From: an uncultured Chloroflexia bacterium
Lineage (GTDB): Bacteria > Chloroflexota > Limnocylindria > Limnocylindrales > CSP1-4
DNA: 64,000 nt
Direction of reading: 5' to 3'
NCBI GenBank assembly: GCA_963824735.1
Contig: CAWGQH010000005.1
Span: 35,193-99,192, forward strand
Shown one piece after another: positions 39,012 through 49,168 of this stretch. A program made the translations under genes and the position numbers. The notes below the pieces were generated by a model. The model did not search any database and had not been told where the DNA came from. It saw only the letters and a list, made by a program, of their open reading frames with translations. Numbering within the stretch: position 1 is the first letter of the stretch; every line of letters starts with the position of its first letter.

Positions 39012-40409
39012 TCAGCGCGGGCGGATGTTCTGGTTGCGGCGGAACAGGTTCGACGGGTCGTAGCGGCGCTTGACGTCGACCAGGCGCTCGTAGGTGCCGG
39101 CCGGGTAGGCGTCGCGGACGCGGGCATCGCCCTCGTCCTCGAGGAAGTTCGAGTAGACGCCGCTCGCCTTCGGGGCGATGGCGGCGAAGTAGCGATTGAC
39201 CCAGGCGTCCGCCTCGGACCGGTCTTCGCCATGAGCCGCGTGCATCGCCAGCATCACGGTCGCGCCGCGGTGGGCGAACGCGGTGGCCTCGGCCGGCACG
39301 TCGGCCATCGCGCCGCCGAGGACGCGGATCTGGGTGAAGTCCATGCCCTGGCCGGGGGCCGCGGCCATCTCGCGCAGGATCGTGTCGACTGCCTCGTCGT
39401 CGAGCGTGTCGAGGAACGCCGAGCGCATGCTCCCCGCGCCGGGCTTCGAACCCTCGGCGGTGAACTGGTAGATGCCGGGGTACGGCATCGGCGCGGCGAG
39501 CTCGCCGAGCGGGGTCGCGAGCCGGCGGAACGGCTCGAGCGCCGCCTGGCCGGCCTCGGGATCGCCATCGAAGACGAACATCACGATGACCGCCGGCTTG
39601 AAATGATGCTCCGGGGCCAGGAACGGCAGGGGCGGTGCCGCGTTGAGGACGAACGTGATCGTCGACAGCTCGCGTGGAGCCGCGGCTGCGACCGGGACGA
39701 GGCCGCGCAGCACGTCGGCCGTCGGCGGCAGCAGGACCGCTCCGCCGAGGATCATGCCGACCGGGTAGAGCCGGTACTGGAAGCGGGTGACGACGCCGAA
39801 GTTTCCGCCGCCGCCGCGAACCGCCCAGAACAGGTCCGGGTGCTCGGTCTCGCTGGCGATCAGCTGCCGTCCGTCGGCGGTCACGATCTCGACTGCGACG
39901 AGCGCATCGATGGTGAGGCCGTGCTTGCGGACGAGCCAGCCGACGCCGCCACCGAGCGTCAGCCCGGCGATGCCGACGGAGCCCGTGTCGCCGAACGGCG
40001 TGGCCAGGCCGTGGGCTGCGGCCGCCTCGGTGAACTCGATCGCGGTGAGGCCGGGCTGTGCCCAGGCGATCCGCGCGTCGGGATCGATGTGCAGACCGCG
40101 CATGTCGGCGAGGTCGAGGACGATGCCACCGTCGACAGTGCCGTGGCCGGCAAGGCTGTGGCCGCCGCCACGGACCGCGAGCTCGAGCTCGTTGTCGCGA
40201 GCGAAGCAGATCGTGTTCGAGACGTCGCGCGCATCGGCGGCGCGGACGATCGCGAGGGGCCGGACATCGACCGCCGCCTGGTGTACCTGGCGGGCGGCCT
40301 CGTACTCGTCGTCGCCCGGCAGGATCAGTCGACCGTTGAGGCTGCCGCCGAGCGCTTCGAGATCGAGCGGCTCGGCAAGGAGGGGGCGGCGCAGGATCGT
40401 GGCTTCCAA
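39012..40409 (-). CDS. FAD-linked oxidase (PCMH-type FAD-binding domain; BBE/VAO-like)
   Basis: 465 aa, intact. …VRGGGHSLAGHGTVDGGIVLDLADM…FGDTGSVGIAGLTLGGGVGWLVRKHG…VRGGGGNFGVVTRF…. Confidence 0.85.
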   Translation of the reverse strand: MEATILRRPLLAEPLDLEALGGSLNGRLILPGDDEYEAARQVHQAAVDVRPLAIVRAADARDVSNTICFARDNELELAVRGGGHSLAGHGTVDGGIVLDLADMRGLHIDPDARIAWAQPGLTAIEFTEAAAAHGLATPFGDTGSVGIAGLTLGGGVGWLVRKHGLTIDALVAVEIVTADGRQLIASETEHPDLFWAVRGGGGNFGVVTRFQYRLYPVGMILGGAVLLPPTADVLRGLVPVAAAAPRELSTITFVLNAAPPLPFLAPEHHFKPAVIVMFVFDGDPEAGQAALEPFRRLATPLGELAAPMPYPGIYQFTAEGSKPGAGSMRSAFLDTLDDEAVDTILREMAAAPGQGMDFTQIRVLGGAMADVPAEATAFAHRGATVMLAMHAAHGEDRSEADAWVNRYFAAIAPKASGVYSNFLEDEGDARVRDAYPAGTYERLVDVKRRYDPSNLFRRNQNIRPR

Positions 40410-40513
40410 GGGTTGTGCTCCTCGTGGGGACTCGAGGCTGGGGGGTTGTCTGCGATCGAACCTACGTCGCAGCCGCTGCCTCGACAGTCGGCGTCAGGCC
40501 GGTCCGCGAAGCC

Positions 40514-41333
40514 GATGTCCGTCGGGGGCGGCATGGACATCCGTCCAGCAACCGTTCTCAGGACGCCCTCAGAAACCGGCGAGACGATCGGGGAACTCGC
40601 GGTCGAACGACCGCCACTGACCGCACAGCGCAGCACGGAGGTCCACGCCTTGACCACCTTCGAAACGGTCCCGGCAGCCGGGTCACCGCGCCCGCCCCGC
40701 CCACCGCGAGCACCCCGCTGGCGGGTAGCGACGCTGGCCGGCGCGACGCTCGTCCTCGTCGGCGGAGCCGCCATTGCGATGGCTGCCTCGCCGGAGCCTT
40801 CGACGGCACCGAACCCCGAAACCACGGCACAGCCGGACGGCACGACCGACGGCGGGCGGCTGTTCCGGCCACTGCTGCGCGGGCTCGGCCTTGGCGACGG
40901 GTTCGCCGGCGTCGCCGGGCGCCACGGCGGGTTCGCTGCCGGCAACATCACGATCAGCGCGATCAACGGCTCGTCGGTCTCGCTCGAGACCGTCGACGGC
41001 TGGACACGCACGATCACCGTCACCGACGAGACGACGATCCTCAAGGAGGGCGAGGAGATCGCCCTGTCCGATCTCCAGGTCGGCGACAAGATCCGCTTCC
41101 GGCAGACCGTCGACGACGCCGGGAACTACACGGTCACGGCGATCGCCGTCGTGCTGCCGTCGGTCATCGGCCAGGCCACGGCCGTCGACGGCGACAGCAT
41201 CACGCTGTCCCAGCCCGACGGGTCCAGCGTCACGGTCCACGTCGACAGCTCGACCGAGTTCACGGTCGGCGGCGAGACGGACAAGTCGGTGGCCGACGTC
41301 GAGGTCGGCATGATCGTCGCGCGCGAGCGGTGA
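40514..41333 (+). CDS. Membrane-anchored protein with two DUF5666-like beta-rich repeats
   Basis: ATG 40514 or 40532. Pro-rich linker, TM VATLAGATLVLVGGAAIAMAA. Repeats …TVDGWTRTITVTDETTILKEGEEIALSDLQVGDKIRF… and …TAVDGDSITLSQPDGSSVTVHVDSSTEFTVGGE…VGMIV. Confidence 0.5.
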
Positions 41334-41577
41334 GGAGCGGGGCGACGGGTCACTCGACGCATCGCGGGTCCGTGCCGGCACGATCTGGGACGGTCTGGGT
41401 CGGGGAATGGGGCGCGGCCACGGACCGGGGAAGTGGCGCCTCCCCGACGACGCGGCCCCGTCCGCGGCACCCGAGAACTCCTCGAGCAACGCGAGCTGAT
41501 CGCGCCAATCACCGAACACTCCAGGCGTCGGGTCCTCCTCCCCTCGACGTCATGCATTCCTGGGGGAGTGCACCAAC

Positions 41578-41627
41578 GCCCGGGCCCGCAAGGGTCCGGG
41601 CGTTTCGGTGTCCGCGGCGCGCCGCGG
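41578..41627 (+). terminator. Two consecutive GC-rich hairpins (possible terminator or RNA 3' end) preceding a lower-GC island
   Basis: gcccgggccc GCAA gggtccgggc (10-bp stem, GNRA loop; 41578-41601) followed by GTTTCGG. Then perfect 16-nt palindrome ccgcggcgcgccgcgg (41612-41627). Confidence 0.3.
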
Positions 41628-41858
41628 CCGGGCCGTGGCAGCCCAGGTAGTGGCCAGATATTCGCCCCCGTACTGAAAGTCCGAACCTGGGCGCTCCGAA
41701 CCCCCGAGTTATCGGCCAGATAGCACGGACGGTGTGGTTTTGGCCACCAAGTGGTGCCCTGGAGCCGCGAATCCGGGCTCAGGTTCTGACCTTCAATCAC
41801 CGTGGCTGATGTTTGGCCACTACCGGCCTCACGACGCCGGCGCGACGAGCCGCGGCCG

Positions 41859-43217
41859 CTAGCCTGCCGACCCGGCCCCGACCAGCGGCAGCACGGCCCG
41901 GAAGCGCGCCCCGCCCGACGGCCCGTTCGAGACCATGATCCGGCCGCCGTGCTGCTCGACGATCGTGCGGGCGATGGCCAGGCCGAGGCCCGTGCCGCCC
42001 GACGGCGCGCCCTGCGCCCGCCAGAAGCGGTCGAACACGTGGGGCATGTCGGCGTCGCGGATGCCCGGGCCGTCATCCTCGACGTCGAGCGTGGCCGCGG
42101 AGCCGTCGGCCCGCACGACGACCCGCACCTCGCCGCCGCGGGGCGTGTGGCGCAGCGCGTTGTCGACGAGGATCGTCACGACCTGCCGCACACGGGCAGC
42201 GTCCGCACGCACGACGGCCGGGGCCGGGTCCACGCTGAGGCGCACGCCGCGGTCGCCGGCCGCTTTCGTCAGCGACGACGCGGCCTCGGCCACGACATCG
42301 CCGAGATCGGTCGGCATGGGCGTGAGCGTGAGCGCCCCCGAATCGGACCGGGCGAGCAGCAACAGGTCGTCGACGAGGCCGGTGAGGTGCGTCACCTCGG
42401 CGTCGATGTCGTCCAGCGCCTCCGTCTGCTCGCGCAAGGGCACCTCGGGCTGACGGCGCAGGTGCTCGACCGAGCTGCGCACGACCGTGAGCGGCGTCCG
42501 CAGCTCGTGGCTCGCGTCGGCGGCGAACTCGCGCTGGCGGCGCAGGGCCCCGCGCTGGGAGGCGAGTGAATCGCGGATCGGCACGAGCGCGCGCTCCGCG
42601 TAGACCGCCCCGAACGCGAGCGCCACGAGCACGACGATCGCGCCGCCCACGAGGAGCACACGGATCATCGCGTCGAGGGTCTGCTGCTCGGTGATGCGGT
42701 CCTGGGCGATCTGCAGGAAAGCCGGCTCGCCGGTCCGCGTCTCGAGCCTGTCGGTGAGGACGCGCACGGGCACCGTCCCGTTGGCGGTCTCCGCGGTCCC
42801 CGTCCTGATGTCCTCACCGGTGACTGCGGCCGCGTCGATCGAGGCGAGCAGCGGCAACCCGTCGGGGGTCGCAGGTCCGGTCGGCAGAATCGGCTGTCCC
42901 TGCTCGTCGACGAGCAGGGCGATGGTTCCGGACGCGCGGCCGCCGAAGATCTGCCCCAACGACGGGCCGGGCCTCCCCGACTGGAGGGCGTGCTCGATCT
43001 CGCTGTGGCGGGCCTCGAGCTGCGCCGTCCCGGCGGCCTCGAGCTGGCGAGCCACGATGGCGTACATCGCGATGCCGAGCACGAGCAGCACGATGAGCGT
43101 CGACAGCCCGCTCCAGGCGATCAGCCGGAAGCGGACGCGCCGGATCAGGCGGGCGTCGGCGGCCAGGCTCGGATCAGCGGCCGCGTCGCCAGCTACGGGA
43201 GCGGAACGGTCAGGCAC
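41859..43217 (-). CDS. Two-component sensor histidine kinase (2 TM, HAMP, HisKA, HATPase_c)
   Basis: GTG 43215-43217 overlapping the response-regulator stop (GTGCCTGA). H-box …FAADASHELRTPLTVV…. N/G boxes …VVTILVDNALRHTP…DDGPGI…GGTGLGLAIA…. Confidence 0.85.
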   Translation of the reverse strand: MPDRSAPVAGDAAADPSLAADARLIRRVRFRLIAWSGLSTLIVLLVLGIAMYAIVARQLEAAGTAQLEARHSEIEHALQSGRPGPSLGQIFGGRASGTIALLVDEQGQPILPTGPATPDGLPLLASIDAAAVTGEDIRTGTAETANGTVPVRVLTDRLETRTGEPAFLQIAQDRITEQQTLDAMIRVLLVGGAIVVLVALAFGAVYAERALVPIRDSLASQRGALRRQREFAADASHELRTPLTVVRSSVEHLRRQPEVPLREQTEALDDIDAEVTHLTGLVDDLLLLARSDSGALTLTPMPTDLGDVVAEAASSLTKAAGDRGVRLSVDPAPAVVRADAARVRQVVTILVDNALRHTPRGGEVRVVVRADGSAATLDVEDDGPGIRDADMPHVFDRFWRAQGAPSGGTGLGLAIARTIVEQHGGRIMVSNGPSGGARFRAVLPLVGAGSAG

Positions 43218-43887
43218 CGCGCAGACGGTACCCGACGCCGCGGACCGTCTCGATCCACGAACCCGCCGGGCCCAGCTTGGTCCGGAGGTAGTGGACGTAG
43301 GCGTCGACGGCGTTCGGCGTGACCGCGACGCTGAACGGCCACGCCTGGTCGAGCAGCTGGTCGCGGCTGAGGGTTTGGCCGGCATGGCGGAGCAGGCATT
43401 CGAGCAACGAGAACTCGCGCGGGCTGAGATCGACCGTCCGGCCCTCAACCGTTACCGTGCGCGCCGCCTCGTCGAGCACGATGGGCCCCGCCACGAGACG
43501 CGGGCTCGAGCGTCGACGCCCGTTGCCCGAACGCCGGCCGAGGGCGCGGAGGCGGGCCGCCAGCTCTTCGTAGGCAAACGGCTTCACGAGGTAGTCATCG
43601 GCCCCGGCATCGAGGCCGGCGACGCGATCGCCGACCGTGTCGCGGGCGGTGAGCATGATGATCGCGAGGTCCTCGTCGGCGGTGCGCAGCCGGCGGGCGA
43701 CCTCGAGGCCATTGATGTCCGGCAGCCCGATGTCGAGGATGACCGCATCGATCCCGTCGGTCGCGTCGGCCAGTTCGAGCGCCGTCCCGCCGTCCTGCGC
43801 CAGCTCCACCACGTGGCGGTCGGCCTCGAGCAGCCGGCGCAGCGCCCGGCGGAGTCGTTCGTCGTCCTCGACGACCAGCAGATGCAT
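43210..43887 (-). CDS. OmpR-family response regulator
   Basis: Receiver MHLLVVEDDERL…LDIGLPDINGLEV…IIMLTARD… and winged-helix …AARTVTVEGRTVDLSPREFSLLECLLRHAGQTLSRDQLLDQAW…VDAYVHYLRTKL…. Confidence 0.85.
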   Translation of the reverse strand: MHLLVVEDDERLRRALRRLLEADRHVVELAQDGGTALELADATDGIDAVILDIGLPDINGLEVARRLRTADEDLAIIMLTARDTVGDRVAGLDAGADDYLVKPFAYEELAARLRALGRRSGNGRRRSSPRLVAGPIVLDEAARTVTVEGRTVDLSPREFSLLECLLRHAGQTLSRDQLLDQAWPFSVAVTPNAVDAYVHYLRTKLGPAGSWIETVRGVGYRLRGA

Positions 43888-43889
43888 CG

Positions 43890-44727
43890 TCAGGCGTCCT
43901 GGGCCTGCGTGAACTGGAGCTGGAATTCCATCGTGCCGTTCTCGTCGATCGACAGCACGCGCATCGACTCCGGCGCCGTCATGCCGTAGTCACCGAAGGC
44001 GACCGGCAGCGATCCGACGACGGTCACGACCCCGTTGGACAGCTGCGCCTCGAGCGGGATCTCGACCCGCTGGGTGACGCCGTGCAGCGTCAGGTCGCCG
44101 ATGGCAGTCGCCGCGATCGCCTCGCCCTCGGCAGGCGCGGCGTCGAGCTCGATCGGTTCCGCGAGGACGAATGTCGCCGTGGGGAAGCTGTCGGTCTCGA
44201 GCCCCTGCCGGCCGAGCTGGCCGTCGCGCATCCCGCTGTCGCTCTGGAGCGTGGTGAGGTCGGCCTCGAAGGTCGCCTCGCTGATGGTGGACCCGGCCAG
44301 CGTGAGCGTGCCGGTCACGTCGGGCGTGCGCCCGACCGCCGTCGAGGTGCCGATCCCGACCAGCTCCTCGGTCACGCGGTAGCCGACGAACGAGCCGGAG
44401 AAGTCGCTGAACGAGCCGATCGACGGGTCGATGGTCCACGTGCCGTCGAGGCCGGTCAGCCACGGCGGCCGAGGCTGCAGGAGCGGCGGACTCGGCGGCA
44501 CTGGACTCGGCAGCAGCGGGCTCCTCGCTGGCTGGTGCCTCGGTCGTGTCAGTGGTCGGAGCGGCAGTCGGGACGACGGCGAGGGCCACCTCGGCAGGTG
44601 CCGCCGGCCGCATGAAGAGATACCAGGCCCCGGCCGCCGCGGCGGCGAGGACCGCCACGGCCACGACGATCAGGAACAGTCGCAGCCAGGAGGGTCGAGA
44701 GGTGGAGGCAGGATGCGAGGAAGACAC
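43890..44727 (-). CDS. YceI-like family periplasmic/membrane-anchored protein (one apparent frameshift)
   Basis: N-terminal TM LRLFLIVVAVAVLAAAAAGAWYLF plus Ala/Glu-rich linker. After a shift near 44470, YceI-like body …GTWTIDPSIGSFSDFSGSFVGYRVTEEL…GTLTLAGSTISEATFEADLTTLQSD…TATFVLAEPIEL…LTLHGVTQRVEIPLEAQL…. First gene of the yceI-RR-HK operon. Confidence 0.65.
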
Positions 44728-44812
44728 GGATCGGACTCCGAATGGCGGCTTCGAACGCCATCATTGCAGCAAGTCCGTCTGAGAGGCGCCTGAGAAGTTC
44801 CTTCGAGCCGGC

Positions 44813-45559
44813 TTACTGGGTCGGTGAGGCCCCGGACTCGGCTGCGTCCTGCTGCTTGCAGTGGCCGGGCGGCCAGCAGCCACCGAACTTCTGCCCCTTC
44901 TTCGCGGCCTTCTCTGCCCAGCGCGCGGCCTTCTCCTCCGACCAGCCCGGGTGCCGCTCCCCGACCCGCTTCCAGCCGCCGGCCCACGGCGGCTTGCCGG
45001 GCTCCCGGACCACCGTGCCGTTCACCGTCATGACGTCGACCTCGGTCGAGCCTTCGGCGGCCTCACCGGTGATCGTCACGCTCTGGCCGACGAACGGCTT
45101 GAGCGGGTGATTGTCGCCGTGGTACCAGGGTGGTCCGGCGTCGAGCTGGTAGGTCGTCCCGCCGCTCGTGAGCTCGTAGCTCGGATCGCCATCATCGTCG
45201 GTCCCCGCGGTCACGGTGCCCTCCAGGGTCACGGGCTGCTCAGGAACCTTGTCCTTCTTCTCCTTCGGGCCCTTGTCGGGCTTTCCCTGCTCGGGCTCGG
45301 CGGCCCGCTCCGCGGGCGCAGCAGACTCGTCCGGCGCGACGGACTCCTCGGGTTCGGTCGACTCCTCGGGTTCAGCGGACTCCACGAGCTCGGCCGACGG
45401 CGCGACCGCGGCGGAACCCTCGGGCTCCGCCGAGGGCGGCGTGCCGGGCGAGGCGCTCGGGTCGGCGGCCAGCGTCGGCAGCGCGACGACGGCGAGCATG
45501 ACGATCAGCGTCGCGACCGCGGCCAGCGGCCGTGCCCGACGGCCGATCTGCGTACGCAT
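44813..45559 (-). CDS. Secreted protein with Glu/Pro-rich linker and C-terminal globular domain, function unknown
   Basis: ATG 45557-45559. Signal MRTQIGRRARPLAAVATLIVMLAVVALPTLAADP. Low-complexity (S/A/E/P) region. C-terminal …PVTLEGTVTAGTDDDGDPSYELTSGGTTYQLDAGPPWYHGDNHPL…TITGEAAEGSTEVDVMTVNG…. Confidence 0.45.
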   Translation of the reverse strand: MRTQIGRRARPLAAVATLIVMLAVVALPTLAADPSASPGTPPSAEPEGSAAVAPSAELVESAEPEESTEPEESVAPDESAAPAERAAEPEQGKPDKGPKEKKDKVPEQPVTLEGTVTAGTDDDGDPSYELTSGGTTYQLDAGPPWYHGDNHPLKPFVGQSVTITGEAAEGSTEVDVMTVNGTVVREPGKPPWAGGWKRVGERHPGWSEEKAARWAEKAAKKGQKFGGCWPPGHCKQQDAAESGASPTQ

Positions 45560-45665
45560 TCCAGGCCCCTCAGCGTTGGACATCCGGCGCAGCGTACGCC
45601 TGCCACGACCAGTTTGGAAGGCTTCTGGTGCATCGTCGCACCACGAGTCTCGTACGATCTCCGGC

Positions 45666-46190
45666 ATGGCACGAGCGACGAGCGCCGGCATCCTGCTCTA
45701 CCGGCGCGGCGCTGACGGCGAACGGCTCGAGGTCCTGCTCGCCCATCCGGGCGGACCATGGTTCGCGGCCAAGGACGCCGGTCACTGGTCGATCCCCAAG
45801 GGCGAGGCCCACGAGGACGAGAGCCTGCTCGACGTCGCGCACCGTGAGTTCGCCGAAGAGACCGGGCACGACGTCCCGAGTGCGCCACCGATCGAGCTCG
45901 GCTCGATCGTCCAGAAGGGCGGCAAGCGGGTGCACGCGTGGGCGGTCGAGGGCGACCTGGACCCCGCGCTCGCACATTCGAACCTGTTCGAGACCGAATG
46001 GCCGCCGCGGTCCGGGCGCCGGGCGCAGTTCCCCGAGATCGACCGCGTGGCGTGGTTCGGCCCCGACGAGGCGCGACGGATGATCAAACCGACCCAGATT
46101 CCGCTGCTCGAGCGGCTCGAGGAGGCCCTCGACGGGCAGGTCGGTGCAGCAGCGGCCACCGGATCTGTGCTAGACCTCGGCGATGGCTGA
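45666..46190 (+). CDS. NUDIX hydrolase
   Basis: Nudix box GHWSIPKGEAHEDESLLDVAHREFAEETG. 174 aa. Stop overlaps the next gene's start. Confidence 0.8.
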   Translation: MARATSAGILLYRRGADGERLEVLLAHPGGPWFAAKDAGHWSIPKGEAHEDESLLDVAHREFAEETGHDVPSAPPIELGSIVQKGGKRVHAWAVEGDLDPALAHSNLFETEWPPRSGRRAQFPEIDRVAWFGPDEARRMIKPTQIPLLERLEEALDGQVGAAAATGSVLDLGDG

Positions 46191-46983
46191 GACGCAGCAG
46201 TCCTTCGAACGCCCGGCACCGTCGGCCCCGGCCTCGGCCTACCCACGCGAGTGGATCGCCGAACACCTGGCGGAGGAACGGCGCAACAGCGCGCTGCTCG
46301 GTGAAGCGCGCGAGGTCGTGTTCGGAGCCCAGGACGGCATCGTCTCGACGCTCGCGGTCGTGGCGACCGTTGCCGGGGCAACCGGCGAGCCGTTCGCGAT
46401 CGTCGTGGCCGGCATCGCGGCGGCCCTGGCGGGCGTCTTCTCGATGGCCGCCGGCGAGTACATCGGCTCGAAGAGCCAGCGCGAGATCTTCGACGCCCAG
46501 GTCGAGGGCGAGCGGACCGAGGTCGAGGAGCGGCCGGGCGAATCCGAGGCCGAGGTGGCGTACATGCTCGCCGAGGAGGGGCTCGGCGAGGAGGACGCGG
46601 CTCGGGTCGCGGCGATCATGGCCCGGCACCCTGAGGTGCTCCTGCGCACGATGGTGAGCCGCGAGCTCGGCATCCAGGTCGACGAGAGCCACGGCGGTCC
46701 CGTGCAGGGCGCGCTGCTCATGGGTGCGGCGTTCGGCCTGGGCGCGGCAGTGCCGATCATCCCGTTCCTCGTGCTCCCGGTCGAGACCGCGCTGCCGGCC
46801 GCCATCGTCCTCGCCGGGATCGTGCTGTTCGGCATCGGCGTGGTGAAGAGCCGCCTGACGAAGCGTTCGCCGATCGCCGCCGGGGCGGAGGTCCTCGCGC
46901 TGGGGGCGCTGGCCGGGATCGTCGGCTACCTGTTCGGGACGATCCTGCCGCAGCTGCTCGGCGTGGCCGGCATCGCGGCCTGA
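46183..46983 (+). CDS. VIT1/CCC1-family (DUF125) iron/manganese transporter
   Basis: …VFGAQDGIVSTLAVVATVAGA…SMAAGEYIGSKSQREIFD…, internal Glu-rich cytoplasmic loop, C-terminal TMs. Intact, 266 aa. Confidence 0.8.
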   Translation: MAETQQSFERPAPSAPASAYPREWIAEHLAEERRNSALLGEAREVVFGAQDGIVSTLAVVATVAGATGEPFAIVVAGIAAALAGVFSMAAGEYIGSKSQREIFDAQVEGERTEVEERPGESEAEVAYMLAEEGLGEEDAARVAAIMARHPEVLLRTMVSRELGIQVDESHGGPVQGALLMGAAFGLGAAVPIIPFLVLPVETALPAAIVLAGIVLFGIGVVKSRLTKRSPIAAGAEVLALGALAGIVGYLFGTILPQLLGVAGIAA

Positions 46984-47000
46984 CGACGACCGCCGCGCCG

Positions 47001-48219
47001 ATGGACCGGCGGCGTGACATCGCGATCCTGCTCACGATGCGGGGCCTGCGGCTGGGCGCCTACGGCGGCCTGGCCGTGGTCATCGCGCTGTACCTGGTCG
47101 AGATCGGGCTGACCCCGGGTGAGGTGGGGCTGCTGCTGGCCCTCACGCTGGCCGGCGACACGCTCGGTCTCGCTGCTGTTGACGACGCACGCCGACCGGA
47201 TCGGGCGCGGGAGGACGCTCGTCATCGGTGCCGCGCTGATGACGCTGGGTGGCCTCGTGTTCGCCGTGACCGGGCAGTTCGCCGTGCTGCTGGCTGCCTC
47301 GATCGTCGCGGTGCTCAGCCCCACGGGCAACGAGGTCGGCCCGTTCCTCGCCGTCGAGCAGGCGGCGCTCAGCCAGGTGGTGTCCGGGAAGCAGCGCACG
47401 AACGCATTCGCCTGGTACCAGCTTGTCGGGGCGATGGCGGCGGCCGTCGGTGCCCTCGCGGCGGGCGTCGTCGTCCAGGTGCTGCTTGACGGGGGAGCCG
47501 GGGCGGCAGAGGCATACCGGTCGGTGATCGTGGCGTATGCCCTGATCGGCGTCGCGATCGGCCTGCTCGCAATGCTGCTCACGCGTGCCGTGGAGCCGGA
47601 CGCTCCCCCGGCCGACGCTTCCGTGCGGCGGCGGCTCGGGCTCCACCGGTCGCGACGCGTCGTCGCCGAGCTCTCGGCATTGTTCGCGCTCGACGCGTTC
47701 GGCGGCGGGTTCGTCGTCCAGAGCGTCGTGGCGCTGTGGTTCGGGTTGCGCTGGGAGGTGGAGCCGGCGGTGCTCGGGGCGATCTTCTTCGGGGCGAACG
47801 CGCTCGCCGGGCTGTCGGGCCTGGTCGCCGCGCGGCTTGCGGCCCGATTCGGCCTGATCGAGACGATGGTCGGGACGCACCTCCCCTCGAACGTGATGCT
47901 GATCCTGGTGCCGTTCATGCCGACGCTCGAGCTGGCGATCGCGCTGTTCGTTGCCCGGTTTGCGATCAGCCAGATGGACGTCCCGACCCGCCAGTCCTAC
48001 ACGATGGCCGTCGTCGAGCCGGACGAGCGCTCCGCGGCGGCCGGCATCTCGGGGATCGCGCGCACGGGCGGGGCGGCAGCGGGCGCAGCGCTGGCGGTGC
48101 CGCTCGTCGCGGCGTCGGTGCTCGGTGGCGGGCTGCCGTTCGTCATCGGGGGATCGCTCAAGATCGCCTACGACCTGACCCTGTGGCGGCGGTTCCGGTC
48201 GCGTCGCCCGCGCGACTGA
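47001..48219 (+). CDS. MFS transporter (12 TM), one apparent frameshift near 47170
   Basis: MDRRRDIAILLTMRGLRLGAYGGLAVVIALYLVEIGL… continues in a second frame …LLTTHADRIGRGRTLVIGAALMTLGGLVFAV…QMDVPTRQSYTMAVVEPDERSAAAGISGIARTGG…. Confidence 0.65.
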
Positions 48220-48333
48220 CACGAGGCGCCTTGTCATCCAGTCACGCGGTGAATGGACATGAACCTGGGCACGGTAAGCAGCAGCGAAGCGCCGGTTGAC
48301 TGACAGACAAGGGCGCCTTGGCATCCTGCGCGG

Positions 48334-49054
48334 GTGGGCAGGAACCAGCGGGAACGCAAGCAGCGACGCGAACGCCGCAAGGACCGCGGGCGCTGGACGG
48401 CGCAGGTCTTCGAGGGCCCACCGACCGGGCCGAACGTCGTCAGCGCGAGCCTCGAGGAGGTCCTCGCCGCGCTCGAGACGATGCCCCAGGAGCTCACCTG
48501 GGAGTCGATCGCCCCGGAGGTGGTCCCGCTCTTCCAGCGCGTGCGGCCATACCACGAGTCGATGCCCGAGCAGCTCCGGGTCGTCGTGCCGCCGGGGCTC
48601 AGCGTCGGGTTCGGCGTGGACATCGGGCCTGCGTTCATCACCGATCAGCCCGGAGATGGCCGCCGACTGGGGCGTGCCACCGGACGAGATCCTCGGCCGG
48701 GCCGTCGCCAACCTCGAGCAGCGCATGGCCGCCGTCCGGCCGCACGACGTCCACGACGGCACGGTCGGCGACGTGCCCGTCCGCATCCTGCAATCGCCGA
48801 CCGGCTCGGCCTCGACCTACGTGCTGGCGCCGGGCGCCCTCGGGCGAATCCTCGGTCCGCACCGCCAGCTGGTGCTGGCGCCGATGCGCAACCTGCTCAT
48901 CTCGCTGCCGGTCACGGCCGACCGCGAGTTCGCCGCGTGGCTGTTCGACGAGTTCGCCTCACAGGACCCGAACTGCCTGGCGCCCGCCGCCTTCGTGGTC
49001 GGCGACGGGACGCTGGCACTCGAGCCGCTCGGCGCGTCGTACGGGGCAGCCTAA
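48334..49054 (+). CDS. Hypothetical protein (one apparent frameshift near 48650)
   Basis: Lys/Arg-rich N-terminus, then …LEEVLAALETMPQELTWESIAPEVVPLFQRVRPYHESMPEQLRVVVPPGLSVGFGVDIGPAFITDQ… and, in a second frame, …WGVPPDEILGRAVANLEQRMAAVRPHDVHDGTVGDVPVRILQSP…. Confidence 0.4.
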
Positions 49055-49168
49055 GACACACGAACTGCGATTTTCGGGACGGGCGGCTCTATCTCGTCGC
49101 GCGCCCACGCTCCTAGCGTGAGCGAGACGCGCCCCGCGTAGCGGGCCGCGAACGTTGAGATCGGGCGC

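Noticed and set aside
38967-41333. 788-aa plus-strand ORF
   Set aside because: The first about 500 aa are antisense to the FAD-linked oxidase and Arg/Asp-rich. Only the last about 270 aa (DUF5666-like protein from 40514) were kept.
41639-41692. tRNA-like 7-bp terminal stem (GCCCAGG…CCTGGGC)
   Set aside because: Only 54 nt between the stem halves and no D, anticodon or T arm pattern. It is too short for a tRNA. It is kept only as part of the AT-rich island finding.
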